Source of the DNA: an uncultured Chloroflexia bacterium
GTDB lineage: Bacteria > Chloroflexota > Dehalococcoidia > UBA2979
NCBI GenBank assembly: GCA_963728205.1
Contig: CAVSIV010000006.1
Location: forward strand, 1,056,001 to 1,120,000
DNA length: 64,000 nt
Direction: 5' to 3'
A program made the position numbers and the translations under genes. The notes under the pieces were generated by a model. That model made no database searches, was not told the origin of the DNA, and saw nothing but the letters and a program-made list of their open reading frames with translations. Below, piece by piece: positions 40,448 to 49,070 of this stretch. Position 1 is the stretch's first letter; each line of letters opens with the position of its first letter.

Positions 40448-41035
40448 GTGGAGTGCTTCCAGTGCGACGAGGAGGCGCAGCAAGAGTGCCCACGCTGTGG
40501 TGCACTCTACTGTGATGACCACGGCGACGCGCTGTGCGCTCGCTGCATGGATCCGGCCCTCGCGCTGCCCTCGTATCGGGTCTACCGCGGCTCACTGGCG
40601 GCCCTGCTGATCGGGTCGATCTTCGCGATCTGGCTGCTCGTGCTTCCGCCCGCCGGGGCGGATCGCGACGCGCCGCCCTCGTCGCTCGCCGCCGTCTTGC
40701 CGACGCAGGTCGTCGCCACCGCGACCGTCTTCCCGACCGCAAGCGCGAGCGGCACGGCCGGCGTCGTGGTGCCGACCGCCTCGCCGGCGACCGGATCGTC
40801 AACGCCCACCGCGACCGCGACCCCGGCGGCCACGCCCACGGCAACCGCCACCGCGCCGAGCGGCCCACAGCAGTACACCGTGCAGCCGGGCGACACGCTC
40901 TACGCGATCGCCCAGAAGTTCCTGCCGCCGGGCGTCGACATCAACAGCTTCGTCAACGAGATCCAGCAGGCGAACAACATCACCGACCCCGGATCCATCG
41001 CGATCGGCGACACGCTCGATATCCCGCGCTCCTAG
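40448..41035 (+). CDS. Zn-finger / TM / Thr-Ala-Pro linker / LysM protein
   Basis: N-terminal Cx2C-x7-Cx2C-x4-Cx2H-x4-Cx2C; TM; C-terminal YTVQPGDTLYAIA...ANNI..P..I.IG..L.IP. Confidence 0.88.
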   Translation: MECFQCDEEAQQECPRCGALYCDDHGDALCARCMDPALALPSYRVYRGSLAALLIGSIFAIWLLVLPPAGADRDAPPSSLAAVLPTQVVATATVFPTASASGTAGVVVPTASPATGSSTPTATATPAATPTATATAPSGPQQYTVQPGDTLYAIAQKFLPPGVDINSFVNEIQQANNITDPGSIAIGDTLDIPRS

Positions 41036-41067
41036 CGCGGATGCGGACCCCCCACGGAGCGCCCCTC

Positions 41068-41538
41068 ATGGCCGAGACCCTCATCGAGGAACGCCCGAAC
41101 CATCGCCGGGCGCTCATCCAGAAAGCCGTGATCTACCTGCCGGGTGGCAGCGTCGCCACGGTGCTGTTCGCGGCTTCCGTCTACAACGTCGTCATGGGAA
41201 ATCTCGGCGCGCTCGTCGCGGGCGTGATCCTCGGGTTGATCGCGTTCGCCGTCGACTACGAAGGCATCGCCGCCGTGCGCGATCTGCGTGGCGCGCCAGC
41301 GGCGACGGTGGGTTCCGTGGCGCGCAAGTGGTCGAAGGGGCGCTTTGCGTTCTTCGGTCGCGTGCACTACCTGCTGATGGAGCGTCGCGTGTTCGAGGTG
41401 AACGCGGCCACGGCGATGGAGATCCGCGAGGGCGATCGCGTACGCGTGGAGCACTGGCCGCACACGAACACGGTGATCGCCGTCTACCGCCTCCCCAGCA
41501 CTTCTGACAGTCGAGGCGCCACCGCCACCTCGCGCTGA
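41068..41538 (+). CDS. Hypothetical 2-TM protein with beta-rich (OB-like) C-terminus
   Basis: SD GGAG, two hydrophobic helices, IREGDRVRVEHWP. Confidence 0.7.
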   Translation: MAETLIEERPNHRRALIQKAVIYLPGGSVATVLFAASVYNVVMGNLGALVAGVILGLIAFAVDYEGIAAVRDLRGAPAATVGSVARKWSKGRFAFFGRVHYLLMERRVFEVNAATAMEIREGDRVRVEHWPHTNTVIAVYRLPSTSDSRGATATSR

Positions 41539-41576
41539 TAGGCTGCGCCGCAGCCGCCGCGCCCCCGGCAGCGGCG

Positions 41577-42302
41577 TTGCGGGCCGGCGAGAGGAGTGCG
41601 CGCGTGCAGGCGGGGTCGCATCTCCGTGTCGGCGAGCTGCCGGAGCACGAGCGCCCGCGCGAGCGGCTATTCCGCCTCGGGCCGTCCTCGCTGACGAGTG
41701 CCGAGCTGATCGCGATCCTGCTGCGCACCGGCACGGGTCGCGAGGACGTGATGCAACTCGCCGGCCGGCTGCTCGGCGAGCACGACGGCCTGCGCGGGCT
41801 CGGCAGCGCGGACGCCGCGACGCTCGCGCATGCCGCGGGCCTCGGGCCCGCCCGTGCCTCCACCGTCGCCGCCGCGTTCGAGCTCGCGCGCCGCGCCACG
41901 CGGGAAGACCCGCCGCTGCACCCGCTGGTGCGCGGCCCCGGCGACATCGCGCGGCTGCTCCAGACAGATCTGGAAGCGCTCCCACACGAGGAGCTCCACC
42001 TGCTGGTCATGGACACACGCCACCGCGTCCTCGCGTCCACCATGCTCTACCGCGGCTCGGTGAACGCCGCACCCGGGCGCGTCGCGGAGCTGTTCCGCGA
42101 GGCTGTGCGCATGAACGCGACGGCGATCGCCGTCGCGCACAACCACCCCAGCGGAGATCCTGCGCCGAGCCGCGACGATGTGCGATTCACACAGGCGATC
42201 GTGTCGGCCGGGCAACTGCTCGACGTCAACGTTCTCGACCACGTGGTCTTCGGTCACGGGCGCTACGTGTCGATGCGGGAACGTCGCCTCGGCTTCGCCT
42301 AG
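41577..42302 (+). CDS. radC: RadC family (HhH + JAB/MPN) protein
   Basis: ERPRERL, ELIAILLRTG, AHNHPSGDPAPSRDD, LDHVV; start may be ~41603. Confidence 0.92.
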   Translation: MRAGERSARVQAGSHLRVGELPEHERPRERLFRLGPSSLTSAELIAILLRTGTGREDVMQLAGRLLGEHDGLRGLGSADAATLAHAAGLGPARASTVAAAFELARRATREDPPLHPLVRGPGDIARLLQTDLEALPHEELHLLVMDTRHRVLASTMLYRGSVNAAPGRVAELFREAVRMNATAIAVAHNHPSGDPAPSRDDVRFTQAIVSAGQLLDVNVLDHVVFGHGRYVSMRERRLGFA

Positions 42303-42360
42303 TCGGCGGTGCGCGCCGTCCGGTAGGATGGCCGCGGCGGGCTGGTGTTGGACGGAAGCC

Positions 42361-42924
42361 TTGGACTGGGTCGACCTCCTGATCATCGGCGTCGTTGCCT
42401 TCCTCACGTTCCGGGCGTTCTCGAACGGCCTGATTCGGGAGGTCGTGACGCTCGGGGCGCTGGTCGCCGGCATCTTCCTCGCCGGCGCGTATTACCAGCG
42501 ACTCTCCGCGGACATCGCGTTCCTGATCTCCGACGATCGCATTCGCAACCTCGTGGCGTTCCTCGCGCTGTTCGGCGGCATCGTCGTACTGGGCCAATTG
42601 CTCGCGCTCATGCTCAAGCGCACAGCTTCGCTGTTGATGCTGGGTCCGATGGATCACTTCGGCGGCGCGGTCTTCGGTTTCATCGAAGCGCTGCTACTGG
42701 TGCAGGTGCTGCTGTTCGCGGTGGCGGTGTATCCGCCGGCGACGAGCGTCGCCACGGCGGTGGACCAGTCGCGCCTCGCGCCGCTGTTCCTCGATCACGC
42801 ACCGGCCATGAGCCTCGCCCTGCCGTCGGAGTTCAACGACGCGCTGCAGCAACTGCAGCGCTTCCGCCAGGCGGGCGCCGCGATCCAGCAGCACGTGAGC
42901 CCGGACGCGCCGCCCGCCGGCTAG
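42361..42924 (+). CDS. cvpA: CvpA family membrane protein
   Basis: MDWVDLLII, GLIREV, DHFGGAVFG, QSRLAP. Confidence 0.85.
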   Translation: MDWVDLLIIGVVAFLTFRAFSNGLIREVVTLGALVAGIFLAGAYYQRLSADIAFLISDDRIRNLVAFLALFGGIVVLGQLLALMLKRTASLLMLGPMDHFGGAVFGFIEALLLVQVLLFAVAVYPPATSVATAVDQSRLAPLFLDHAPAMSLALPSEFNDALQQLQRFRQAGAAIQQHVSPDAPPAG

Positions 42925-43020
42925 ACGCCGCGGCGGCGCCCGGGAGCGCCTCGTCGGGCCCTCCGGCTATCCGCTACACTGCGCTCGCTCCCTCCGGCGT
43001 GCCGGGCCATCCGGGGAGGA

Positions 43021-43587
43021 ATGGGACTCGCCGTGGCGATTCAACGTCAGGCGCTGGTGTTGAACCAGAACTACGAGCCACTCAACGTGTGTTCGGTGCG
43101 CCGTGCGTTCGTGCTCGTATACCGGGGCACGGCCGAGCTGCTCGAGTCCGACGCGAACATGATCCACGGCGTCGACGGCACTTCGTACATCACGCCGTCG
43201 GTGATCCGGCTGCAACACTTCATCAGCCGGCCGATGCCGCGGCCCCGGCTGACGCGGCGCGAGATCTTCATGCGCGATCGCGACCGCTGCCAGTACTGCG
43301 GGAAGCAGGGTGGCGACCTCACGCTCGACCACGTCGTTCCGAAGCACCAGGGCGGCGCGCACGCGTGGGAGAACCTCGTGACCGCGTGCCGCACGTGCAA
43401 TCACCGCAAGGGCGGGCGCACGCCGCTCGAGGCACGCATGCACCTCGTGCGTGAACCGCGCGCGCCGGCGAACGGCCCCGGCGACATGCTGGCGCACTAC
43501 CTCGACCGCTACGTGGAGTGGGCGCCATTCCTCGTGGGCTGGATCTCGGAGCGCAGCGCGACCGGCAGTGCCGAGGCCGCCTCCTGA
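43021..43587 (+). CDS. HNH endonuclease (small standalone type)
   Basis: LVLNQNYEPL, PSVIRL, RD..CQYCG, TLDHVVP..GG...WENLV.AC..CN.RKG. Confidence 0.92.
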   Translation: MGLAVAIQRQALVLNQNYEPLNVCSVRRAFVLVYRGTAELLESDANMIHGVDGTSYITPSVIRLQHFISRPMPRPRLTRREIFMRDRDRCQYCGKQGGDLTLDHVVPKHQGGAHAWENLVTACRTCNHRKGGRTPLEARMHLVREPRAPANGPGDMLAHYLDRYVEWAPFLVGWISERSATGSAEAAS

Positions 43588-43617
43588 CCACCCCCCGACC
43601 ACCGCGCGTAGCCGGCC

Positions 43618-44328
43618 TCAGTACAGCTCGCCCGACCTCGCGTCCTCGATCAGCGCGATCGCCTGGAGCCGCAGCTCGTCGCGCGCGGCGACGAGCGACT
43701 CGCGGCACGCGCCCGGGGTGGCCCATCCGTGAGCGCGCACTCGCTCCAGGACGCGCTCGCCGCTCTCCGCCGCCGCCGGCAGGCGCTCGGTCATCTGCTC
43801 TTGCAGCGCGGCCCACAGGTCGGCCGGATGCGTGAGCGAGAAGTGCGCGTACTGGAGGGTCGCGAACGCGTGGCCCACCGTCCCCGGGTCGTTCCAGTCC
43901 GCCGCCGCGTTGTGCAGCATCTCCTTCAGGCCGGCGTGCCGCTGCTCCGTCTCCCATTCGAGGTCGAGGCCCAGGCCCTGGAGATGCAGCTCCGCCTCCG
44001 GCGCCAGCACCAGCTCGCGCAGCACGGAACGCACGATGTCGGCACCCGGCGGCTGGGCGAGGTTCGGCACTGCGACGGTCGGGTAGAGGTCGAGGCGCTG
44101 CCGGACATGCTGCAGCGCCACGGCAAAGACGTGCGGCAGCGCGCGGCGCGGCACGCCGTTGTGCAGCACGATCACCACCGCGCCGGGCTCCCACTCGACG
44201 GCGGAGAACGACCCGCCCTCGAACGGCTCCACACGCAACTCGCGCTCCGCCTCGATGCGCACGCGCTGCTCGAGCGACGCGTACATCGCGTCGAGTTCCT
44301 TGCCGATGTCCTTGCCGATGACCTTCAT
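43618..44328 (-). CDS. Hypothetical protein (possibly degenerate zincin)
   Basis: Good codon bias, last gene of the minus-strand operon; no intact motif recognised. Confidence 0.7.
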   Translation of the reverse strand: MKVIGKDIGKELDAMYASLEQRVRIEAERELRVEPFEGGSFSAVEWEPGAVVIVLHNGVPRRALPHVFAVALQHVRQRLDLYPTVAVPNLAQPPGADIVRSVLRELVLAPEAELHLQGLGLDLEWETEQRHAGLKEMLHNAAADWNDPGTVGHAFATLQYAHFSLTHPADLWAALQEQMTERLPAAAESGERVLERVRAHGWATPGACRESLVAARDELRLQAIALIEDARSGELY

Positions 44329-44350
44329 GCGCGCCCTCCCCGCTGGCCCC

Positions 44351-45166
44351 TCACGCGAAGAGCGGCTGACACTTCACGCAGTAGTTCGTTTCGCTGCCGC
44401 TCCGCACCTGCGACTTGATCGGTTCGCCGCAGCGCGGGCACGGCTCGTCGCCGCGCCGGTGCACCCGCAGGTGCTGGCGCCACTCCTCCTTCTTGCCGAG
44501 CCCCTCCGCCTGCACCGTCGCATCCACGATCTCGCTCGCCCACTCGATCGTGGAGCGCATTGCCGCGTAGAGCCGGCGCAGTTCGTCATCGGACATCGTG
44601 CTGCGCCGACGGTGCGGGTGCAGGCCGGCCTCCCAGAGGATCTCGTCGGAGTAGGCGTTGCCGACCCCCGCCATGAACTCCTGGTTCGTAAGCGTGTTCT
44701 TGATCTGTCCCGCGTGCCGGCGGATGCGCTGCAGGAACTCCTCCTCGCTGATCGCCATCGCATCCGGACCGAGCTTCGCAAGCTGCGGCACCTCGTCCAG
44801 ATGATCGCGCGCGACGAGGTAGAAGCGGCCCATGCGCCGCTGGTCGGAGTAGCGCAGCTCGTGGCCGTCATCGAACGCGATCACGACGCCCATGCGCGGC
44901 ACGCTGCGCGCCCCGGCTTCGACCCAGTGGAAGCGGCCGGTCAGCATCGGGTTCACGACGAGGATGCGCTCGTCGTCCACGAAGAAGAGCAGGAACTTCC
45001 CCAGCCGGTGGATCTCGCCGAACCGGTGGCCGACGAGCGTCTCGAGCCGATCGGCGCCCGTCCGCACGAGCCACGGGATTGGCGCCTCCGTGTGCGCGAT
45101 CGTGAGCCCCTCGAGCCGCGGCATGAGGTAGTGGCGGATCGCCTCGAGGTCCGGGATCTCAGGCAC
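44351..45166 (-). CDS. Fpg/Nei family DNA glycosylase
   Basis: N-terminal PE, GKFL, H2TH AGVGNAYSDE, Zn finger CPRC...C..CQ. Confidence 0.92.
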   Translation of the reverse strand: MPEIPDLEAIRHYLMPRLEGLTIAHTEAPIPWLVRTGADRLETLVGHRFGEIHRLGKFLLFFVDDERILVVNPMLTGRFHWVEAGARSVPRMGVVIAFDDGHELRYSDQRRMGRFYLVARDHLDEVPQLAKLGPDAMAISEEEFLQRIRRHAGQIKNTLTNQEFMAGVGNAYSDEILWEAGLHPHRRRSTMSDDELRRLYAAMRSTIEWASEIVDATVQAEGLGKKEEWRQHLRVHRRGDEPCPRCGEPIKSQVRSGSETNYCVKCQPLFA

Positions 45167-46028
45167 CGCCGGCGCCCTCGTGTTCCGTGGACGATACGAA
45201 GCGCGGGTAGGAGCCGAGAACGCGCAACCAGTACGTCGCCTGCTCGACCTCCTGCAGCGCCTCGGCCAGCTCGCGGTCCGTGCGGTGGCCCTGGACGTCG
45301 ACGAAGAAGACGTACGTGCCGAGTTGGCGGCGGGTCGGGCGCGACTCGACGCGCGTCATGTTGATGCCGCGGCGGGCGAAGTAGAGCAGCACCTCGACGA
45401 GCGAGCCCGGCCGGTCGTGTTGCGTGGTGAATGCGAGCGACGTCTTGTCGTCGCCGGTCGGCTCGTGGTCGGTTCGCGCGATCAGGACGAAGCGCGTCTC
45501 GTTGCCGGGCTCGTCGCCGATGTCCTGCGCGTAGAGCTGCGCGCCGTACAGCGCCGCCGCGTGCTCGTTGCCGACCGCGAGCGTTCCCGGCTCCGCGATC
45601 GCGGCCTCGATGGCCGCGGCGGTCGAGAGCGCGGCCGTCGGCTGCGCGCGCGGCGCCAGCTCGGCGAGATGGCGCCGGCACTGCGCGAGCGCCTGCGGGT
45701 GCGAGTACACCACCGTCGCCGCCGCGAGGTCGATGCCGGCCGCCCCGACGAGTGCGTGGCGGATCGGCAGGACCACCTCGCCGCGCACGGCGAGCGCGAA
45801 GTCCGGGCGCAGGAGCTGGTCGAGCGTGTCGGGCACGGTGCCCTCGATCGAGTTCTCGATCGCGCAGACCGCGGCGTCGGCCGCGCCCTGCTCGACCGCC
45901 GCCACCGCGGCGGCGACCGTCGCGGTCGGCAGGCAGGTCGCGCCGGGCGCGGCGAGCATCGCCGCGGCCTCGGTGTAGGTGCCGCGGGGGCCCAGGTGGG
46001 CGACGCGAGCGAGGCTAGCCGGCGTCAT
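45159..46028 (-). CDS. pheA: Prephenate dehydratase
   Basis: LGPRGTYTE, IENSIEG, SHPQALAQC, NETRF, ESRP, ACT domain. Confidence 0.95.
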   Translation of the reverse strand: MTPASLARVAHLGPRGTYTEAAAMLAAPGATCLPTATVAAAVAAVEQGAADAAVCAIENSIEGTVPDTLDQLLRPDFALAVRGEVVLPIRHALVGAAGIDLAAATVVYSHPQALAQCRRHLAELAPRAQPTAALSTAAAIEAAIAEPGTLAVGNEHAAALYGAQLYAQDIGDEPGNETRFVLIARTDHEPTGDDKTSLAFTTQHDRPGSLVEVLLYFARRGINMTRVESRPTRRQLGTYVFFVDVQGHRTDRELAEALQEVEQATYWLRVLGSYPRFVSSTEHEGAGGA

Positions 46029-46698
46029 CCGCGACGGAGCCCGTGATCAGCGCGCGCACCTCGTCCTCGGCGTTGTCGGGGATCACCGCGATCACCTCGT
46101 CGCCGACGTGCAGGACGCTGTCGCCGGCGGGGACGTGGGGCTGGCCGTCCTCGCCGAAGATCAGCGAGATCAGCGTGTCGTGCGGAAGCGACAGGTCCTT
46201 GATCGCCTGCCCCGCTGCGGGCGCGCCCTCCTGCAGCCGGAGGTTCACGATGCGCAGGTTCGAGCCCTCGAGCCGGAGCAGGTCCACCAGCGTGTGCTCC
46301 GGCAGCGTGACCTCGATCTGCGCCATCACCGCGCGCGCGGCGGAGATCGTGGAGTCGACCCCGAGCAGGTGGAACAGCTCTTCGTTGCGCGGGTCGTTCA
46401 CGCGCGCGATCGTGCGCCTCACGGCGAACCAGTGCCGCGCCACCTGGCACGCGACCAGGTTCGCGCCGTCGTCGGCGGTGACCGAGATCAACAGGTCGGC
46501 GCGCTCCGCGCCGACCGACTCCAGGAACGCGACCTCGGTGCCGTCGCCATGCACCACCATCTCGCCGAGCTCCTCGCGGAGCTGGTTGGCGCGGCTGCCG
46601 TCGCGCTCGACGATCGTCACCTCGTGCCCGGGCATGGCCTGGAGCTCGAGCGCGAGCCCGTACCCGACGATGCCGCCGCCGACGACGATGATGTACAT
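46015..46698 (-). CDS. trkA: TrkA/KtrA family RCK_N+RCK_C protein
   Basis: IVGGGIVG, GDGT, IARVNDP, TrkA_C domain. Confidence 0.9.
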   Translation of the reverse strand: MYIIVVGGGIVGYGLALELQAMPGHEVTIVERDGSRANQLREELGEMVVHGDGTEVAFLESVGAERADLLISVTADDGANLVACQVARHWFAVRRTIARVNDPRNEELFHLLGVDSTISAARAVMAQIEVTLPEHTLVDLLRLEGSNLRIVNLRLQEGAPAAGQAIKDLSLPHDTLISLIFGEDGQPHVPAGDSVLHVGDEVIAVIPDNAEDEVRALITGSVADDAG

Positions 46699-46728
46699 GC
46701 GCTGCGCTCTCCTTCGCCCGCGGTCTCG

Positions 46729-47133
46729 CTAGTGGCTCGCGAAGAGCGACTCGTACGCGAGCTCGGCGCCGACCTTGGTCGGGCTGAACGTGCGCAGGCC
46801 GAGCCGTCCGAACAGCTCGCTGCGGTAGGGATCCTTCACGCGGCTCACGGCGATCTTCACGCCGAAGATCTCCTTCGCCTTCTGCGCGGCGAGGATGTTG
46901 CGGTTGTCGCCGGAGGCCAGCGCGACGAAGGCGTCCGCGCGGCGGATGCCGGCCTCCTCGAGCACGCGCTCGTCGGTCCCGGAACCTTCCAGGCAGCGGC
47001 CCCCGAAGTTGGCGGGAAGCCGCGAGAACGCGAAGCCGTCCGTGTCGAGGACGGTGACCTCGTGGCCCTCGTCCACGAGCCGCGTCGCGACGGCGGCGCC
47101 GACGCGTCCGCACCCCATGATCACGACCCTCAC
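46729..47133 (-). CDS. TrkA family RCK_N-only protein
   Basis: VIMGCGRVG, ADAFVA..GDNRN, RVKDP; no C domain. Confidence 0.9.
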   Translation of the reverse strand: MRVVIMGCGRVGAAVATRLVDEGHEVTVLDTDGFAFSRLPANFGGRCLEGSGTDERVLEEAGIRRADAFVALASGDNRNILAAQKAKEIFGVKIAVSRVKDPYRSELFGRLGLRTFSPTKVGAELAYESLFASH

Positions 47134-47162
47134 GCGTCACCTCCCGGTCGGCGCAACGTCCG

Positions 47163-47648
47163 TCAGCGCGCCCAGACCGTGCCCGGCCGGGTGGCGATGT
47201 GCCCCTCGGGCGGCGGGTAGCGGATGAGCCACACTTCGGTCGGCGCGTGTTCGAGCACGTACATGGGCAGCCGGCCCAGCGCGAAGCGGCCGTGCGGGCG
47301 ATGGTAATCGAGCCCCACCACGATCGCATCCACACCCCGCTCGATCGCCTCGTCGACGACGGCGTGGCCGGCCTGACGCGCCTGCAGCAGATCCGCATGC
47401 ATCGGCACCTTGAAGCTGTTGCCGATCTGCTCGGCGCGGTCGAGGACGGCCTCGCCGCGCTGCGCCTCGTCGGCGAGCTCCGCGTCGAGGGGCAGCGAGC
47501 GCGGCACCTCGATCACGTAGATGACGTCGACGCGCGCCTTCGCGCGCCGCGCGATGTCGCACGCGACGACGAGCGCATTGAGCGCGGCCTCGGAGCCGTC
47601 GAGCGGCACGATGTACGACTTGATGGCGGCCAGGGGGTCGGACGGCAC
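47163..47648 (-). CDS. Universal stress protein
   Basis: IVPLDGS, YVIEVPRSLPLDA, DAIVVG, YVLEHAPTEV. Confidence 0.88.
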   Translation of the reverse strand: MPSDPLAAIKSYIVPLDGSEAALNALVVACDIARRAKARVDVIYVIEVPRSLPLDAELADEAQRGEAVLDRAEQIGNSFKVPMHADLLQARQAGHAVVDEAIERGVDAIVVGLDYHRPHGRFALGRLPMYVLEHAPTEVWLIRYPPPEGHIATRPGTVWAR

Positions 47649-47676
47649 GGATGCTCCCTCGACGGCGTCTCGCGGG

Positions 47677-47844
47677 CTAGCGGCGAGCGAGCTCGAACCG
47701 GACGAGCGCGTTGGCGAAGAGGACGACCGCGAGCAGCAGCCCGGGGCTGCGCAGGTCGCCGCTGATCACGGTGAACGCGAGGGCCAGGATGCCGCCCAGT
47801 GCCGAGATGGCGGCGACCACCGCGTGTCCTCGCGTCGGCTGCAT
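47677..47844 (-). CDS. Small 2-TM membrane protein (55 aa)
   Basis: Not in ORF track; SD GAGGTG; MQPTRGHAVVAAISALGGILALAFTVISGDLRSPGLLLAVVLFANALVRFELARR. Confidence 0.7.
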   Translation of the reverse strand: MQPTRGHAVVAAISALGGILALAFTVISGDLRSPGLLLAVVLFANALVRFELARR

Positions 47845-47906
47845 CCACTCACCTCACGGGCGGGCGCCTGGCTGCGCCGAAGGACGCCGCTGCGCACAAC
47901 CCGGTC

Positions 47907-47935
47907 ACGCTATGGCTGGCCCGACGAGGTGTCAA
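47907..47935 (-). promoter_or_regulatory. Sigma70 promoter for the small-protein-USP-trkA operon
   Basis: TTGACA-N17-TAGCGT. Confidence 0.65.
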
Positions 47936-47966
47936 TGCGCGCCCGGGCGCCCGTAAACACGTCCGT

Positions 47967-49022
47967 TCATGCGCCGTCGGGGCCCGTCGCGACCACGTCG
48001 CGGCGACGCCACCAGCGGCGCGCGACGAGCGCGAGCACCAGCGCAAGCGGCGCGATCCACCAGGTGTAGACCACTACGACGAGCACGCCGGTCGCGATCG
48101 CCTCGAGCGTCCGCAGGGACGCGTGCCACGCGCCGCGGGCCGCGGCGAGCGGCCCGGCCGCCGGCTCGCTCTTCACCGCGGGCGCCGTCCCGGTCGGCCG
48201 CAGCGTGACCGTGATGCTCGACAGCGTTGCCTGCGAATCCAGCACCTTGCGGCGCGCCTCGGTGCGGTCGATCTGCAGCCGCACCTGGTTGAGGCGGTCC
48301 TGGACCTGCAGGACGTCGTTGATGCTGCTTGCCCGACCCAGCAGCTGCGCGTACTGCGCTTCGACCGCGCGCAGGTTGGCGAGCGTTGCCTCGATGTCCG
48401 TGTACTCGGCGGTGACGTCCTGCGAGCTGGTGCTCACCGATCGCACGTCGACGGCCAGCGCGCGCAGCTGCGTGATCACGTCGCCGAACTGCGCCTCGGG
48501 CACGCGAATGGTGAGGTTCGCGGCCTGCCGTTCGCCCGTGCCGGTGAACGAGGAGTCGGACACGAAGCCGCCGGCCGCCGTCGCGACCTGGCGCACGCGG
48601 TCGAACGCGTCCGCCACCGACTCGACCTCCAGGTCGACGGCGCCGTTGCGGATGATCGTGCGGCCGGCGTCGAACGCCGGAAGGTCGCCGCCGGCGATAC
48701 CCCCGGCGGACGACGCCGGCGCGGACGCGACACCGGCGTCGGACTTCGCGGCGAGTCCGCCCGCGGACTGCACGGGGGAAGCGCCCGGCGCCTCCTCGGG
48801 CGCGACCAGCGAGCCGAACGACCCCGCGCTCCCGGCGCCGGCGAGCACCGGCCCGCCCACCGTCGACGTGGCGTTTGCGCTGCCGTGGCCGGCATCGCGG
48901 GAGCGCTGGACGGCGACGGTCGCGAGCACGGCCGCGGCGAGCAGCGCGAGCACGACGGCGGCGCGCGCCCCGCCGAAGGGCAGCGAGCGCCGGCGCATGG
49001 ACTGGACCCACTGAGCGTTCAT
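47967..49022 (-). CDS. DUF4349-type membrane protein
   Basis: IIRNGAVDLEV, GGFV, LTIRVP, DVTAEYTD, coiled coil, STITV-like strand, C-terminal TM. Confidence 0.85.
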   Translation of the reverse strand: MNAQWVQSMRRRSLPFGGARAAVVLALLAAAVLATVAVQRSRDAGHGSANATSTVGGPVLAGAGSAGSFGSLVAPEEAPGASPVQSAGGLAAKSDAGVASAPASSAGGIAGGDLPAFDAGRTIIRNGAVDLEVESVADAFDRVRQVATAAGGFVSDSSFTGTGERQAANLTIRVPEAQFGDVITQLRALAVDVRSVSTSSQDVTAEYTDIEATLANLRAVEAQYAQLLGRASSINDVLQVQDRLNQVRLQIDRTEARRKVLDSQATLSSITVTLRPTGTAPAVKSEPAAGPLAAARGAWHASLRTLEAIATGVLVVVVYTWWIAPLALVLALVARRWWRRRDVVATGPDGA

Positions 49023-49070
49023 GGTCGTCTCCCTCCGCCGCCCGCGCGGCTGGAGGTGAGACGACAGGCG

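Noticed and set aside
41577-43587. radC plus HNH as a mobile element or defence island
   Set aside because: Full-length chromosomal RadC and a common standalone HNH; no integrase, methylase, repeats or compositional shift.
47677-47844. secG
   Set aside because: Lacks the LLQ..K and GG-rich loop of SecG and is too short.
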